From Pocillopora damicornis (Eukaryota): 64,000 nucleotides of DNA. A program made the translations under genes and the position numbers. Each line of letters begins with the position of its first letter. Position 1 is the stretch's first letter. A model generated the notes under the pieces. The model was not told the DNA's origin. It saw only the letters and a program-made list of their open reading frames with translations, and did not search any database. The stretch is from contig NW_020845843.1 of the NCBI RefSeq assembly GCF_003704095.1, positions 1-64,000 of the forward strand. The letters run 5' to 3'. Shown piece by piece: positions 13,901-27,200 of this stretch.

Positions 13901-13981
13901 AGCAGTGTGGACAGGGAAAGAGTTTGCAGACTTGTAAAGAAATACATCAAAAAAGTCAAGGGAGATAAACTTGCACCGTAA
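7910..13981 (+). CDS. PHRF1: PHD and RING finger domain-containing protein 1; exons 7910-8120 (alternative donor after 8099), 8691-8878, 9070-9153, 9322-9384, 9749-9807, [gap], 10306-10852, 11024-12671, 13344-13472, 13886-13981
   Basis: Acidic N-terminus. RING CPVCLMSFKEQLLGTPNNCSHVFCFECIQEWSK|NANTCPVGR. Linker IPVEE...DDPTYCE and PHD start ICSLYDREEQMLLCDGCDNG closely follow vertebrate PHRF1. C-terminal domain RLQRHEQIVDEVKLALKPFFRHGEITKDDYKVIMRKSVEK. The second half of the PHD is missing, presumably in the N gap. Confidence 0.93.
9953..10052. other. Assembly gap (100 N) inside PHRF1
   Basis: Run of N. The expected YH..C...W.C..C half of the PHD finger is absent from both flanks. Confidence 0.99.
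13000..13215. repeat. Interspersed repeat; related copy at ~19840-20050
   Basis: Shared motifs ttg(c/a)attggtt.tg.tt.ac...ccaat...cgtttt(c/a)ccgcgctt in both locations. Confidence 0.45.
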
Positions 13982-15236
13982 ATTTAAGGGAAACAATGGA
14001 ACTAATAATGTGATTGTTATCAAAAGTGATAGAAAAGGTTAATTTGTTCGGTTGACTGTTGCGAGAATATTTCAAAATATCCTCTAAGTTTTGTACAGGT
14101 TTATGCAATTGGTGTATTTTATCGTACCTGTTTCAAACCTATTTTGAGATTTAAAAGAGTTTAAGTGGGAAGGGCTTACACACTTGATTCTTATTGCTAT
14201 TGTTATGTTTGTTTTACAACCTACCCAAGGAGCTACATTTTACACGTTAAGTGCGACCAGGGAGATCTTTGAAATGATAAGAAGGAAAAATAAAAGATGC
14301 ACTATCACGTTGTTAGAGGAAGGCTTTGCTATTTTACTTGCCCCTTACTTGGTTACATCAGGTAGCTACATTTTATACCTTTTTGCTCCTGGGTTTTCCT
14401 GAGCAAATGGAACTGTAGATGAAAACCAATCGCTTAGCTCAATTGCGATCAGCGATGTGTTGAGGCATCTGGTCGAATGATAAAGATGCCAACATATTTA
14501 TGTGATATATTGTATAATGGATACATCACGATGAAAAATGTGGTCTGTTGTTCATTCATTGGAGATTTACGGTTGCACATTACATTAATGAGGTAGTACC
14601 AAGTATCGATATTCGCTCAAATTTCTTTTTCCAAAGCTTTATGTCATGTGAGAAAATCGGAGACCAACAATACGAACTATTATGTTCACTAATTAATATC
14701 GAAAGGCTTTTCCTGGAACGATGCTTCCCTGACCATCAATTTTTGCTAAAACGCTTGCGGAGCTGGTCGCTTTGTTATTAGTGTAATCATAGTGACGAAG
14801 GATTCATGACTGAAGGAATGGCTGACAACAAACCGTTGATTATGTGAGTAATCATCGTGTCCGTCTTGAAGGTATCCTTTTTAAGTTTTCGATAGTAATT
14901 ATAAACTGATGACGCAGTAATACAGTCTATTAACTAACAATTAATTTTATTCGCCTCTTTTAGGGCAACATGGAAGCTATCGATAAGATTACATCACGTT
15001 AAAATTTCTTCTACAACACATTCGCTCCACTAAACACTATTGGTGTTAAGAAAACAAATATGTTCTGCTCTAATTTTTTACATACTCTCTTGATGTTAGT
15101 ATTGAACAAGTTATTAACTGCACAAACTACTGTTTTTTTCAAAAGCAAAAGTAGCACCATTTTGCTTAGATTTTTCTACTTACTCTAAGAACGGCTTTCA
15201 AACATAAAATAAACCGGTTAAACTGCTATCACCCGA

Positions 15237-18200
15237 TCACCACACAGAGCACTTCTGTCTCGGGTTCATTTCCTTTCCTTTTTTGCAGCTGTAAGCGTCT
15301 GCAAACGTTTTGAAGTTGGATAGTGGACCAATTACCCTGTTGACAAGAGTACAATTTTTGAACGAGCTTCATATGAATTGGTAGTTTGGAAAATATTTGG
15401 ACCATCCCCTAGTCAAGTCATCTAAGCCCGAAAATTTCGCCTTGAAACAGTTTTTCTTGAAAACTCTGATCTCAAAATGCTGTCTGACTATTGGACAAGA
15501 GGCAAAATTTAGGGAAGAAATTTCGGCGCACGCGGTTTAAGGAAAATCTTTTATCACAATAGGAGGCAAACGAGGCTGATGATCTATTTAGAAACAAAAA
15601 AGGCTGTAACAACTGTGTTTTCATGTCTTAACCCACTACATAACTATCATACAGACTTATTGGTGATTATATCTATTTTTCCCGGCTATCTAAGACTGGC
15701 GCGTCAGAATTGGCCTGATAAATAGGAGAACTGATTACAATTTACCTGTACTTTGGAAACGAGTGTACGTCAGACTCCACTTGGAAAAGAGCTGCTTCTT
15801 TCTTGTATACGCTACACCAAGGCTAAAGTGAAAAGTATAGAGAGGGTAATTCATCGATGAAGATCGAGAGGTAAACTATCTTTTATTTTCTTAAGATCTC
15901 GTCCTTAAGAGGATAAAAGCAAAGGGAGTTAAGTACGAATTAAAAGAAAATTAGCCACACCATTCTATTTGAACCAGTCTCCTCTTGCACCACTTTTTTC
16001 GCGTCGCACTAACCAAACTATAGCACGTGTTGAGGGTTAAACAGAGTGCTCGCTCGTAAAGAAACTGAGACGATTTGCAGCTTTTCATATGCACACAGTA
16101 CAACGAACAAGGAATATCCCAGCCCTTTCTTGAAAAAGTGGCCTGTTAAAATGTTTCATTCTTTAAATTCCAGAGCCGAGGTTAGTTGTGTTTCCTTTGA
16201 GTTGTCGTTGGCCTCTTGTGATTATTTCAGTTTCACAACAAGACAATCGAGAACTATTTACCGTAGCAAATCCTATGAAAAACAGTTGATCCACACTCAA
16301 ACCCAAGTCAGGCAGTTGTCCTTCTTTTTTATTGTCTTTAACCCACGACTCATATGCCTGGGAATAAAATGAAATAAGATGTCTGAGTTTCGCAATGCAC
16401 TAAAAAGTAAAAACTGTTTTAAATACAACTTAAAAATACAACCGTTGAGAGAGAGGGAAGGTTATCACTGACGTTTGTATAAAAAATTAAGACATAAACC
16501 CGACTAATGAGCTAGCTAACTAATTATGTTATCTTAAAAAATCGTGTAGGTAGTAACCACATGGTACCAATGAAGTGCGACCCTGCGAAAGTAAGCCCTT
16601 GTCTGGAAAAAACGTTTACCGCCAATGGGAATTTAACTTACGTTCTCTTACATCACTTACATGACGAACTGTATTGTCCGCTGATGATGCATACTGCATG
16701 TTTACCACAAGCCTTCAGTACAGACGTTCTAAAGTTCGTCAGGCAATCACTCGTTCCTACGTGGAGGAGGAATGATAACGTGACGGGCCTAGGAACGTAA
16801 GCACTTGAGGCTAGCGCAGTACAGGCATAAAGAAAAAACAAGGATACACACACAAAAAAAGAACAAACAAGCAAACAGTTTGTGTGAAGCGTACATCATA
16901 AGCAAGCTTTATTCCACCATTGTCAGCAATGTTCTCATTCAAAGTCTGTTTACCATCTATCTGTAAAAAAAAATTTAAAACAAAACGATTTTAACATTTG
17001 ACTTTATGATAACAGTATCTCCATTTCTATTTTAGCATTTCTACTACGTTTATTTTTAACAAAGGAAACTAAAATGTTTAAATGCTTGGTTATCCCCCAC
17101 ATAATGCGTTTTTCCCCTTTTTTAACAGTCTTTCGGCTTCTGTGAGGAGTAAATGTACTACAGTAACCACACTAAGTTGGTTTCTCTAACTTTCTGGGAA
17201 GTCTACCAATCAACTAAGCAAATAAAAGAGAACAAGGTCAGGTCTTATTTGGAGTAAATCCCTTTTTCAAGAACCTGAAAATATGTATTATTCAATTTGA
17301 AAGAATCTGGCCGAGGATTCAATTCGGTAGGAATTCAAAATGATAACTCTAAAAAACCTTTTGACATATGAATGGCAACGCGCAGGTAAAGGAGGCGAAT
17401 CATATTCATATTCTTGGTGTTCACATAGACAGCAAGCTTTCCTTCACATTACTAAATCACTTTCCTTTCCATATCACTAAGAAATGTGGATTTTTATTTA
17501 GCCAGATTTAATAGTGTATATTACGAGAAACATTCTTTAAGGTACTTTAGGCCATATATATGGTCGAGATTGAACAGCAAAATCAAGGACAAACCTTCCT
17601 TACAATCCCTCAAGTCCAACATACCGGATATTCATCTTGCATATCTTATAAGTGACAATTGAGGCTCCTGTCTTATTTGTAGTTCTTGAGAATTTTAAGA
17701 AATATCTTTAGCACTTTCTGTATATTTTAGTGGGGATAACTCCGTAATTTTTAACATTTAAATTTTATTTTTTATAAATTTTAGATTTGAGTGATAAACT
17801 CATTTTACAATTGAATTATTTTGTTGTCCCCTATTAGCTTTTTAAGCTAGAGACATGGACACTTAGATAAAGTGTTATGTTCAAAAACCACATATCAGCC
17901 ACGCGACCTTGATGCCAAAATTGGAGCTCTAAGAAGTCTAAAAGAGTTGGTGCTAACTGATATTGCACTTATGCTGTACACGGCTTATTTACTATCACAC
18001 TTTGAATACTGCCGTCCACTTCCATCAGAGATTGTAAGACTTTGATCCTTAAACTCGACTCAGCTAACTGCTACACGATAAAAGCCCTCCTAAACTTAGA
18101 TAACAGCTAAGATTATGATTCTATATTATACGTTGCTAATATATATTCTCCAGAGTAAAGAAGGTACGATCAATCTCTCATCTAATTCTTAAGATGTATA

Positions 18201-21200
18201 AAGGAAAATGTGTCTGATTACATCTCTAATCTTTTCGAGCTGGTAAGATCCGTTATAATTTAAGGACTAGTGGTAATAATCTTGTTCAACCCATCTATCA
18301 TTATAGGTATTATAATAACTCATTTACTCACTAGATATCGGATTTGTGGAATCACCTTCCGTCACATATTTAGCAATCAGCAAACTTGAGTGACTTTCGC
18401 AAGAAGTCGAGGACATTTTTTAATTCGAACTTTAAGGTCAACTGCAAATGTAACTACTTTTTATCTCAGATATGTTAAATTGTTTAAGACTGATATTATA
18501 ACAAGTATTTTTTTAAGTTTCGTTTTTTTTCTTTTATTTTATGCTTTTTTTTTCTTTTGCTAACTGTAATGAGTCCTAAACATAAGCTTCGGGATCGAAT
18601 TCACAGGAAAACCTGATCTCACGCAGTAACATTTATAACTTGATTGATTGATTCCTAAATTTTTAACTGTAGCTGAATTTCTGTTGAATCTGACTTACAT
18701 ATGTCCCAAACACGTCATAGTTGTTGTACTGATTCACCAAACATTCGGCTTTGCTTTCAAAACTGTAAGTCGAAGACAATGACCACCAATTTTTCACGTT
18801 GCCATTCTTATCATAAAGCCGCCCTGTGGAGGAACAAAGAAATCAATCAAAACAGTCCTCAAACTTCCGCATCGATGTCAGTGTGGGCGACTCTGCGTAC
18901 CTACCCCTTCCCCATCCAGCATTACCCCAAATTGCAATCAGTTTAACGTTGTTGGGGAGGGGTAGGTGAGAAGCTGCTCAGATACTGACATTGACCCAAA
19001 CTTACTAAGCAACTTGGTTATGTCCTGATTTCCATCTTCGATCCAGCGCTATCTTGTTCATACAAGACTCTTCCTACCTATGCAAGTATTTGATATGTAA
19101 AGCTTGATTCCTCTTTCGTTGAAGTAATTTATCTCTTTTTGTTTTGATACTGTTACCAGTGTTATTGTTACTGTTGTTTCTACCTTGGCTGTCAAATCCA
19201 TGGGTGATCTCATGTCCAATGACCATTGCTAATGACCCGTAATCAATATACCTGCAAAAAATACGTCTCTAAACGCTTAGACAAGCTACATAATTTCTGA
19301 GGCATACTTTTTTTTAAGAATATAAAATATTCCCCTTATTGTGTCTCATATAATGCATGACTTGCAAATAAAAGATTATTCTATTCTGCGGACATTTATT
19401 GCAGCTAGAATAATGTCTTCACCAGTAAAAAATGCAGCTCGCCTGAGACGCTTTTCTCATTATTCATTGACAGTTCATTTACTCTAAAAAAACTGGAGCG
19501 TTCGATCTTTCGGAACATAAGCCTAAATATATTATTAGCTGCTTACTTTGGGTAATTCTTTCTGTAAAATGGAGATTGTAGAATTCCAGCCAAAAACACT
19601 ACGAAGAAAAAACAAAAAAACGATTAATTATCTTGAGATCCTAAGTCCTTGTTATGTAATATCTCACGGTGGAGACCAGTCCATCAAAAGAGTGAGGGTC
19701 TACTTCCAGCTAAAACGCGAGTGGTGCTCTGTGTTATGATCCAGTTATTAATAACCAATTAGACCTTACACTGAGATTGCAAAGGTCTGGCCACTTTTCT
19801 AGCTACTCGGCTTGAAAAAGGGTTAAAGGGATTTGCACTTGCGAGTGGAAAGAAATTCGGAATTGAATTGGTTCTGCTTCACTATGCTCTATTATTGGTC
19901 CAGAAAATTCGCACCACCTCAACCAATTAAAATCAAAACTGGAGTTATCAGGACTTTGTCATTCGCGTTTTACCGCGCTTCAGGTAGTTTGCTTGTTTCT
20001 ACTTTGAGTTCTATAATATTTTTAAGACACCTCATCGAAAATCGCTCTAAGGGTAACTCACCTATCCGGTTTTGCTGTGGACTGTAATATCCATTTACTT
20101 GTGCAGGACTTTGCATCCACCTGGAGAGAGAGCGGAAAAGGGTGAGTAACCGAGGCAGGGAGTTAAAGAACATACAGTTGCGCTCTCCTGACCATCTGCG
20201 ACTTTTCACGCTACTTACATGAACCACCTCAGTAAAAAAACTTTATCTAATACGTGTTTTCAACAGTGAGAGGTAAGCTTTGTGGACTGTGCTAAAACTA
20301 ACAATTTTCAAAGAAATTTACAATCAAAACCTGATTCCTAAGCATTCCTGGACAATTCAAATATTTATAAGCTAAGCAGTCATACTGTTAAGAACGTGGG
20401 CTCCGTTACACTTACATGTCCTTGTCGACTGGTTTTCCAAGAAGATCAAAATTCTTTTGTACGACCATATACTTCATTGACACGGTGTTTTCAAAATAAT
20501 CATCTCCTGCATCCAGCTAAATATTTGGCAAAAAATATATCTATTTTAGTAAACAGCACACCAGTGCCCAGACTAGTGCCCAGTGTTATTCCAACGCTAC
20601 ACGCAAGTACAACCAGAAATGATTTTCCCACATTTGTGCCTCTGAGGAATTTCGTCGAAAGTAATCCAGCAATTCAATAAATTTGTCCATCTGTGCGCTG
20701 TGATAAATTCCTTCTTTGACTAACATTGATTTATTATCGTGATCTTGTTCAAGACATTATTAACTCCAACCAGCTCTTTTCAGTACTCACCAGTGAGTAC
20801 TGCTCGTCGAGTTTTTTGTCGTCTTTGATGAAAGGGGGGTAGCCGATGTCCTCTTGGATTGCTTTCGCCTTCGATAAAGAAATATAAAAAGTACATTTAG
20901 AGGGAGAGTTTCAAGTTTATGAGTTCGTTCGGCGAAGCTGCTTCAATTTAATAGTTTCAAGAGCCATCAAAAGTACGAGCTGGTGATTCTCGTGGAAAGT
21001 TTACCCAAGCAAAAACTTCGTTGCATGGTAAAAAACAATCTATTTAACAGAGCGCGCAAATAATACGTACAGCTTTCTTATCTGTCAGTGTTCAAATCGT
21101 ATGGCTAACAATCACGTTAGAAAATTTTGGGTAAAATTTTGAGTAAAATTTGATATTAAGTACGTAAGCATACCTTTCCTTTAGCCGATTGTTTTGTACT

Positions 21201-24200
21201 GTCATCCATCCAGTCTGCGTCATCCAGATTATCAATAAAACTTTGGCGGAGACGAGTAGTCATGTCCTTCACCTGGTAATAGAAAAATGAATTAAGTATA
21301 CATTTTAAGTCTCCTCAATAATATTTAAGGCTATAATGCCACCATCAAATTCCGCTCTTCTCTCGATGAAAAAAGAACGTTAAATAAGCTTTGTCGCAAG
21401 TGAATGTGGCGTGTATAAATCGATAAACAGATAAACAAATCAATAAATAAATAAATTGACAAATGAACGGTTCGTTTCAGAGTCTGACCTTGCTGCATTA
21501 CATGACAGAGGAAACAAATAACAACAAAACCATGGCAAAACAGAAGGAATTACGACGAGTCGCCTATCTCTCTAATTTAGCGAGAAAATTAATATTTTCC
21601 TCTGTGGCGAGTTTCGGAGTTAAAAACAATTTGTCATCATTAATGTAAGCGCTCTACTCACGCGTAACATGATGCGCACCGAGAATGCGCCGTGAAATAC
21701 CACAGTGTGACCCTAAGATTTGATATTTTTTTAAAGGAAAGACATTCAACCATCTTACCGTTGTTTTAGTACTTTCGTCAAAATTCGCGTCGACGTACAA
21801 ACGCCCTAAAGTGAAGCCCACTGGCGATATCATGGTTTCCAGACATTCAGACCATCTTTCGTATGCTACCAGTCCTCTCACTGCTCGCGCGTATTTTAGT
21901 TTCGCTTGCACAAACTTGTCAGGCATTGACATCACATAGTTGTCAATCACACGCCACATGATGTAATCCTTGACGGTTTGTTTGTCTCTGCAGTTGGAGA
22001 AAACCAACAAAGATCTTTTAGGGGGACAGAAATTATTTATCGCCTAGGGAGTGCGATAAATAAGGTTCTAAATAAATAAGGTCGAGGTCTGATTGGCCCA
22101 GCCTTCTCTTACTTTTTTACTCGGCTGCTACTGGGGCGCCGTTTGCCATTTCGATCCGTTTTTCTACCTGAACGCCTGCAACAGGCTATTAAGCACCATA
22201 TTAAAGCTATCGAGCTTAAAAAAGATTCTCTTGAACCTGTAAAACTCACGTTTGATGGTATTGTTTTGCCATCGCTTTGAATACTTTTGTATAAACTTCT
22301 GCTTGTGGATAATAGATATTATCGTTCAAACTGAAATATTTTCCCTGCTTATAAAATGCCGCGTCCAGAAATGTTGTCACGAACATTGTCTGTCAGAGAA
22401 AGAGAAGGAGAGTTAGTAAGCTAAGCAAAGGAAATAACTTCAGTAACAGTTGAAAGACCCCTTTTCATTTTCATTCAGACACACAGTAATTGTACCCTAT
22501 GGCAAAATGGCACAAGTACCATTTCAAGTCAAGGCCATTAGTACCATTGGAGAAGTTACCTTGACGATTCGATTGAGGCCTTGACTTTGGAATTCCCTGA
22601 CGATGCAGTGGATCGATGCCGTAGTTATAACGCTGACAAGGGCATCGTTATGTTTCAGAGAATCGTCCGAGAGCGCCAATTTGAGAAATGAGGCACACCT
22701 TAAGTTAAAGAAGTCTAGTGCCACAGGAAGTGATTTTCTTCTTGCTGATTTATACAATAACTCACGATAGAAAGCGATATCATAAATTTGAAACAAATTT
22801 AGCTGTGATTTCTACCTCCACCATCCCAATATAGGTATAGTTATGTCATGTTCGCCAGGTTTACTCACATCAAAATCTGAGGCAAACCAGAAGTCTTCAA
22901 TTGTCTTGTCCAATTCGTCTAAGGATCGCCCAGATCTGTGATGCTCCATAAGAGATTCTATTATATCTTCAGACACTGTGTCGGGATCCACTGACTGAAA
23001 AAATATTTAAAAGAAAACGATTACAATTGACGGTTTTCTTTTGTTACCAACAAGATAAAGAAACTAATCGTTCCCCTGATCGAAATAGAACCTGCCCGGC
23101 TGAAATCGTCACACATTGTTATCTGCAATTAAGACAATAACACACCTCAGCAATGCTCCTCTCAAAATCATATATAGCATCCATCTTGTAATCTGAAGAA
23201 GGCCCTCCTCCAAGCAGCTTGGCAATAGTTTTCATGTAAGTCTTGTACGCCGTGCGGACCTGTAAATGGAGTATTTAAATGCTCAATAGTTATGTTTGCT
23301 TACACATGGCTAACCATAACGGTAAAGTAACACAACAGGGAATCAAGGAAAAGAATAAATAGAAGCCACAATTTTGGATCTTTATTAGCACACGCAAGAG
23401 AAGAACTGGCCTGTAGCGCACGATTTTATGACTTCACAACCCTTTTTAACGTGATGAACTCCAAACGGAAACTTTAACTTTGAAAATTAGTTTATTCTAT
23501 TTATTTCGCCATTCTGATGAAAAATGATAAATTCAATTTCAATTTTTTTTTTTTTGCTTTTGTTATCATGGTTCATCCGTCACCATGTTAATGCGGAACA
23601 CTCGACGACTATTGAGGTTTTTGAAAAATTAGACGGCAAATAAATGGACTCGCTGGCTGCAGACTACGAGGCGTAGTAGAGTATATTATTGTAAGGACCG
23701 GAGTGTTTATCGGGAACTAAAACCCTCATATAATCAATACGACCACTACATCCGTGAACCGAGCGGCGTACTTTTCGCTGTGCTCTCCAGTTAGATATTG
23801 TTCTTTTCACTCGCGCATAAAATTTAAATCTTATCGCCGTCGTGTAACATCCTTTATTTAATTGAAATTCTTTTACACTCTTCAGTTATAAGGTACATAT
23901 AGTTTCCTAATTATTGAATCTCTTAAAGAGTTATTCTGGTATTACACCTTCAATGACCCCCTTCAAAATTTACAACAAATTTCGCTTTCATACGTAAGTC
24001 CCAAAAACTACAAATGAACCAGTCCTCAGACAGAAAATGCCCTTCGAACCGAGCCTTGTAAGGGCCAGAGGAAAACAGTCTCTATATATACCAACCTTTA
24101 CGCTGCTGTCTTTCTGGTCAAAATAGTACTGAAAACCCATCCCTAATGAGGCAATATTGAGCTAAACGAAAAAAAATTGATCGAGTTAGTGATTTCCGTA

Positions 24201-27200
24201 CAAAGTAATACCGTTTAAGTGCTTAAAACTTATACGACCTCATTTGTCGCAAGTAGCCACTACCAATGTGCGCCACAGTGTGGTTCAATCATCGACTTCT
24301 CGCCGGGAACTCCCGTTAGCCATATCCAAGGAAAAATCGGAAATTTCATACAAAAAATTGAAATTCTAATGGACGGATTCGGAAATGTTGACGTAATAAG
24401 TCATATGTTTTTAAAACCTAGCCAACTTCAGATTCTGTACTTCACATGAGCCAAATTAACCCAAATTGATCTATAACGGTTGAATTGATCCGGCTAAACT
24501 TGATTTACAGTTAGTGTCATCAATATTCATCAAAATAATCGATGCATTTGGTCCAGATCGTGAAATGTTGGGTGTATAAATAACAGCCGGCGAGTTAAAC
24601 TGTTCACCCTTACTGAGCTAGACGCCGCACTACAAACGCGAAGAACGAGTGGGTCAATCCGAACTCATTCGGCCACTGCGAAATGAGTTCGATCGTGATT
24701 CAGTGGACTCAATGTGGCTCATGCAAAAAAAAAAGGCGTCTGAACTGGACCTGACGGTCCCATGTCAATGATGTGTGTATCAATTTTGGAAACAGTCCGC
24801 ATAATAAAAAAAAAAGCCTTTGTATGATAACTGGTGTGGGAAAATACCATCGTAATACTTACATTAAGAATATGTTTACTGGAATCCTCTAAGTCTGTTC
24901 CTACAGTGACCTGCAGCAGTGTCTGAACGTTCAAGTCTCTCAAGACTCGCCCCATTTTTTCTTCCACTGACCATGAATTAAATCCATTTCCAGACACTGA
25001 CCAGCCACCATAATCCTCTATCATTTTTTTTAAAGGCGAATTTCCACGACTCTCAATGGCAGATGTGTTTAAGCAGGAATTATAAATCTTGACGGTTTTC
25101 AAAATGGAGGAGCTCTGGAAAGAATCACGGACAAAAGGAAAATTAGATTACGAAATGTACTTTTCAGGCAGTTAATGGCAGAAAAATTTCCACAGTCCCC
25201 CTTATATACTCTGTTGGCGATAACTGATCCCCCTTTCCATTTCTTCTGAAAACTTGTGATCTCTACCAAAATCCTCCAATCCCGCCCCATTCTCCCCTCT
25301 CCAGGCGAAATATAATGACTAATCCTTGACGAAACCGAAGGGTATTTGAAAGATAGGCGTCCTTAAGCGAACATCCAAGTGACTGTTACCACTATTCACT
25401 AATTCTTTCTGCTCTGAGGTTAACTGAAATGAAATATTCCGAACCAAGAAGTGCCTTCAATTTTTGGATCAATGTCAGTATCTGAGCAATTACACACCTC
25501 CCCTCCCTTTCCCCAACATCAACCCTAACTTATTATCAATTGACTAATGTTGGATTAGGGGAGGGGCTGGTGCGTAGTTGCTCAGATACTGACATTGATC
25601 CTTATTTTTAAGGGTGAAAAGTTTACGTAGAGTGAAGTGCTACAAAAATAATTGACCGTTGTTAATTAAATGAAGAAACCGTATGTCTAACCTGGTTGTA
25701 TTTGGTGGTGGCATTCACCATCGCTTGTTGTAAAACTTTCATGTTATCGTCGTTAACGATTGTAAAGCCGCCTACGGAACTCTGATTTCCCTTAAGCTGG
25801 TGCGTTTTGATAAATCCTCCACAAGCGTATGCATAAAAATCATCGCATGGATCTTTACTTGTGTCGATCTGATTGGAGATAACTTTATAAAAGGAAACAG
25901 TATTGATGACTGAGCATAAAGACAGGTTTAAGTGTCCAATAGGGACAAGTACGGATAGTGCATGGGCAAAAGGCATTTCTCGTCTTCAGTTTGCAAGTCA
26001 AATTGAGATCAGACTCGTCAGTTTTTTTGTAGGGAGGAAAACTGAAGAGGCCGGAGGAAAAATCCCGGGGCTGGGAGGAGAAAAAGAGAAAAATCTCTCC
26101 CTTATGTGTGGCTGGGAGGATTGAAGTGAGCCCCGCCCACAGCGCTGCGAAGCAATTGTTGTTGACAGTGCAAGATTACCGCATCCCCTACAGGGAGGCA
26201 GCTTGTCGATTGACGTTATCAATTCTGCTTCTATTCGCTTTTTATGGCATTTATGTCGCACCGACCTTTAGAGATTTTGTAACATTCCTCTGTCTTGCAA
26301 ATGAGTGGCCCTACAGAAAAAAAAAGAAAGAAAAAAGGAAAGAAAGAAAGGGATAAGAAAATTCAGAATACCATGAACGGCGGAACAAAACAAATTCAAC
26401 CCGAGCGAGGGGAAGGACAACACGTTTTTAAGTCTCATCACGCAAAACGTTGCGAAACCAAACCACGGCTTCTAAAAGGCAAGTTACTTTTGAAAAGCAA
26501 GTGACAAGTGTATGAGCATGCGCAGGAAAGAGGCAACCACTTTCAACGATGTGAATACCACGTCTGAGAAAAGTTCGAAGCGATGGAAACACGAATACGT
26601 GTTGTGTTTGATAATTCATTTCCGCTAATGAAATGGAGGGTTTCCGTGACAATTCTATTTCCTGAGTATTGTTATTTGGTATTCGGAAAATGTTTCCTAT
26701 TCCAAAAGCATGACATGATAGACTGAAAACTATTATTTTGTGGTTATTATCAACGGCCAACGTTCATAGTATTAGAGAATGTCTCGTAGGAACCACACTC
26801 GCTGAAGCCTTCTGACCGCCTCGCAGTCGTTTATTGCTTTGTCACGCAACGGATATCCCAAAGAAAGGATAATTTGGAAGGATATGCAAATAACAATTCC
26901 ACTCAAGTAAAGGTGGCTGTGAATGAAAAGCTGAGTCTTCCTTTCTTTCAAAAGTTCTCTTGACTATTAAGCAAAAGATAACAGGATAAACGAATAGTTC
27001 TGATATGCAAATATTATGAATCGGGAACAGAACACATGTAGCGAGGGTTTATAACCCAGACAAGAGATGACAGAAAGGATTGTCGAATAGGCACATCAGA
27101 AAGTCTACGAGCATAAAACGATTCGCCAATATATGCAGGTGTCTTGTCTAATTTTCTTGACTTAATTAATTGACCTGAGGGTTTAAGCACAAAGAAAATG

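Noticed and set aside
14872-14880. Perfect U12-type donor GTATCCTTT
   Set aside because: Lies between convergent 3' ends with no coding exon context and no TCCTTAAC branch site before the next acceptor.
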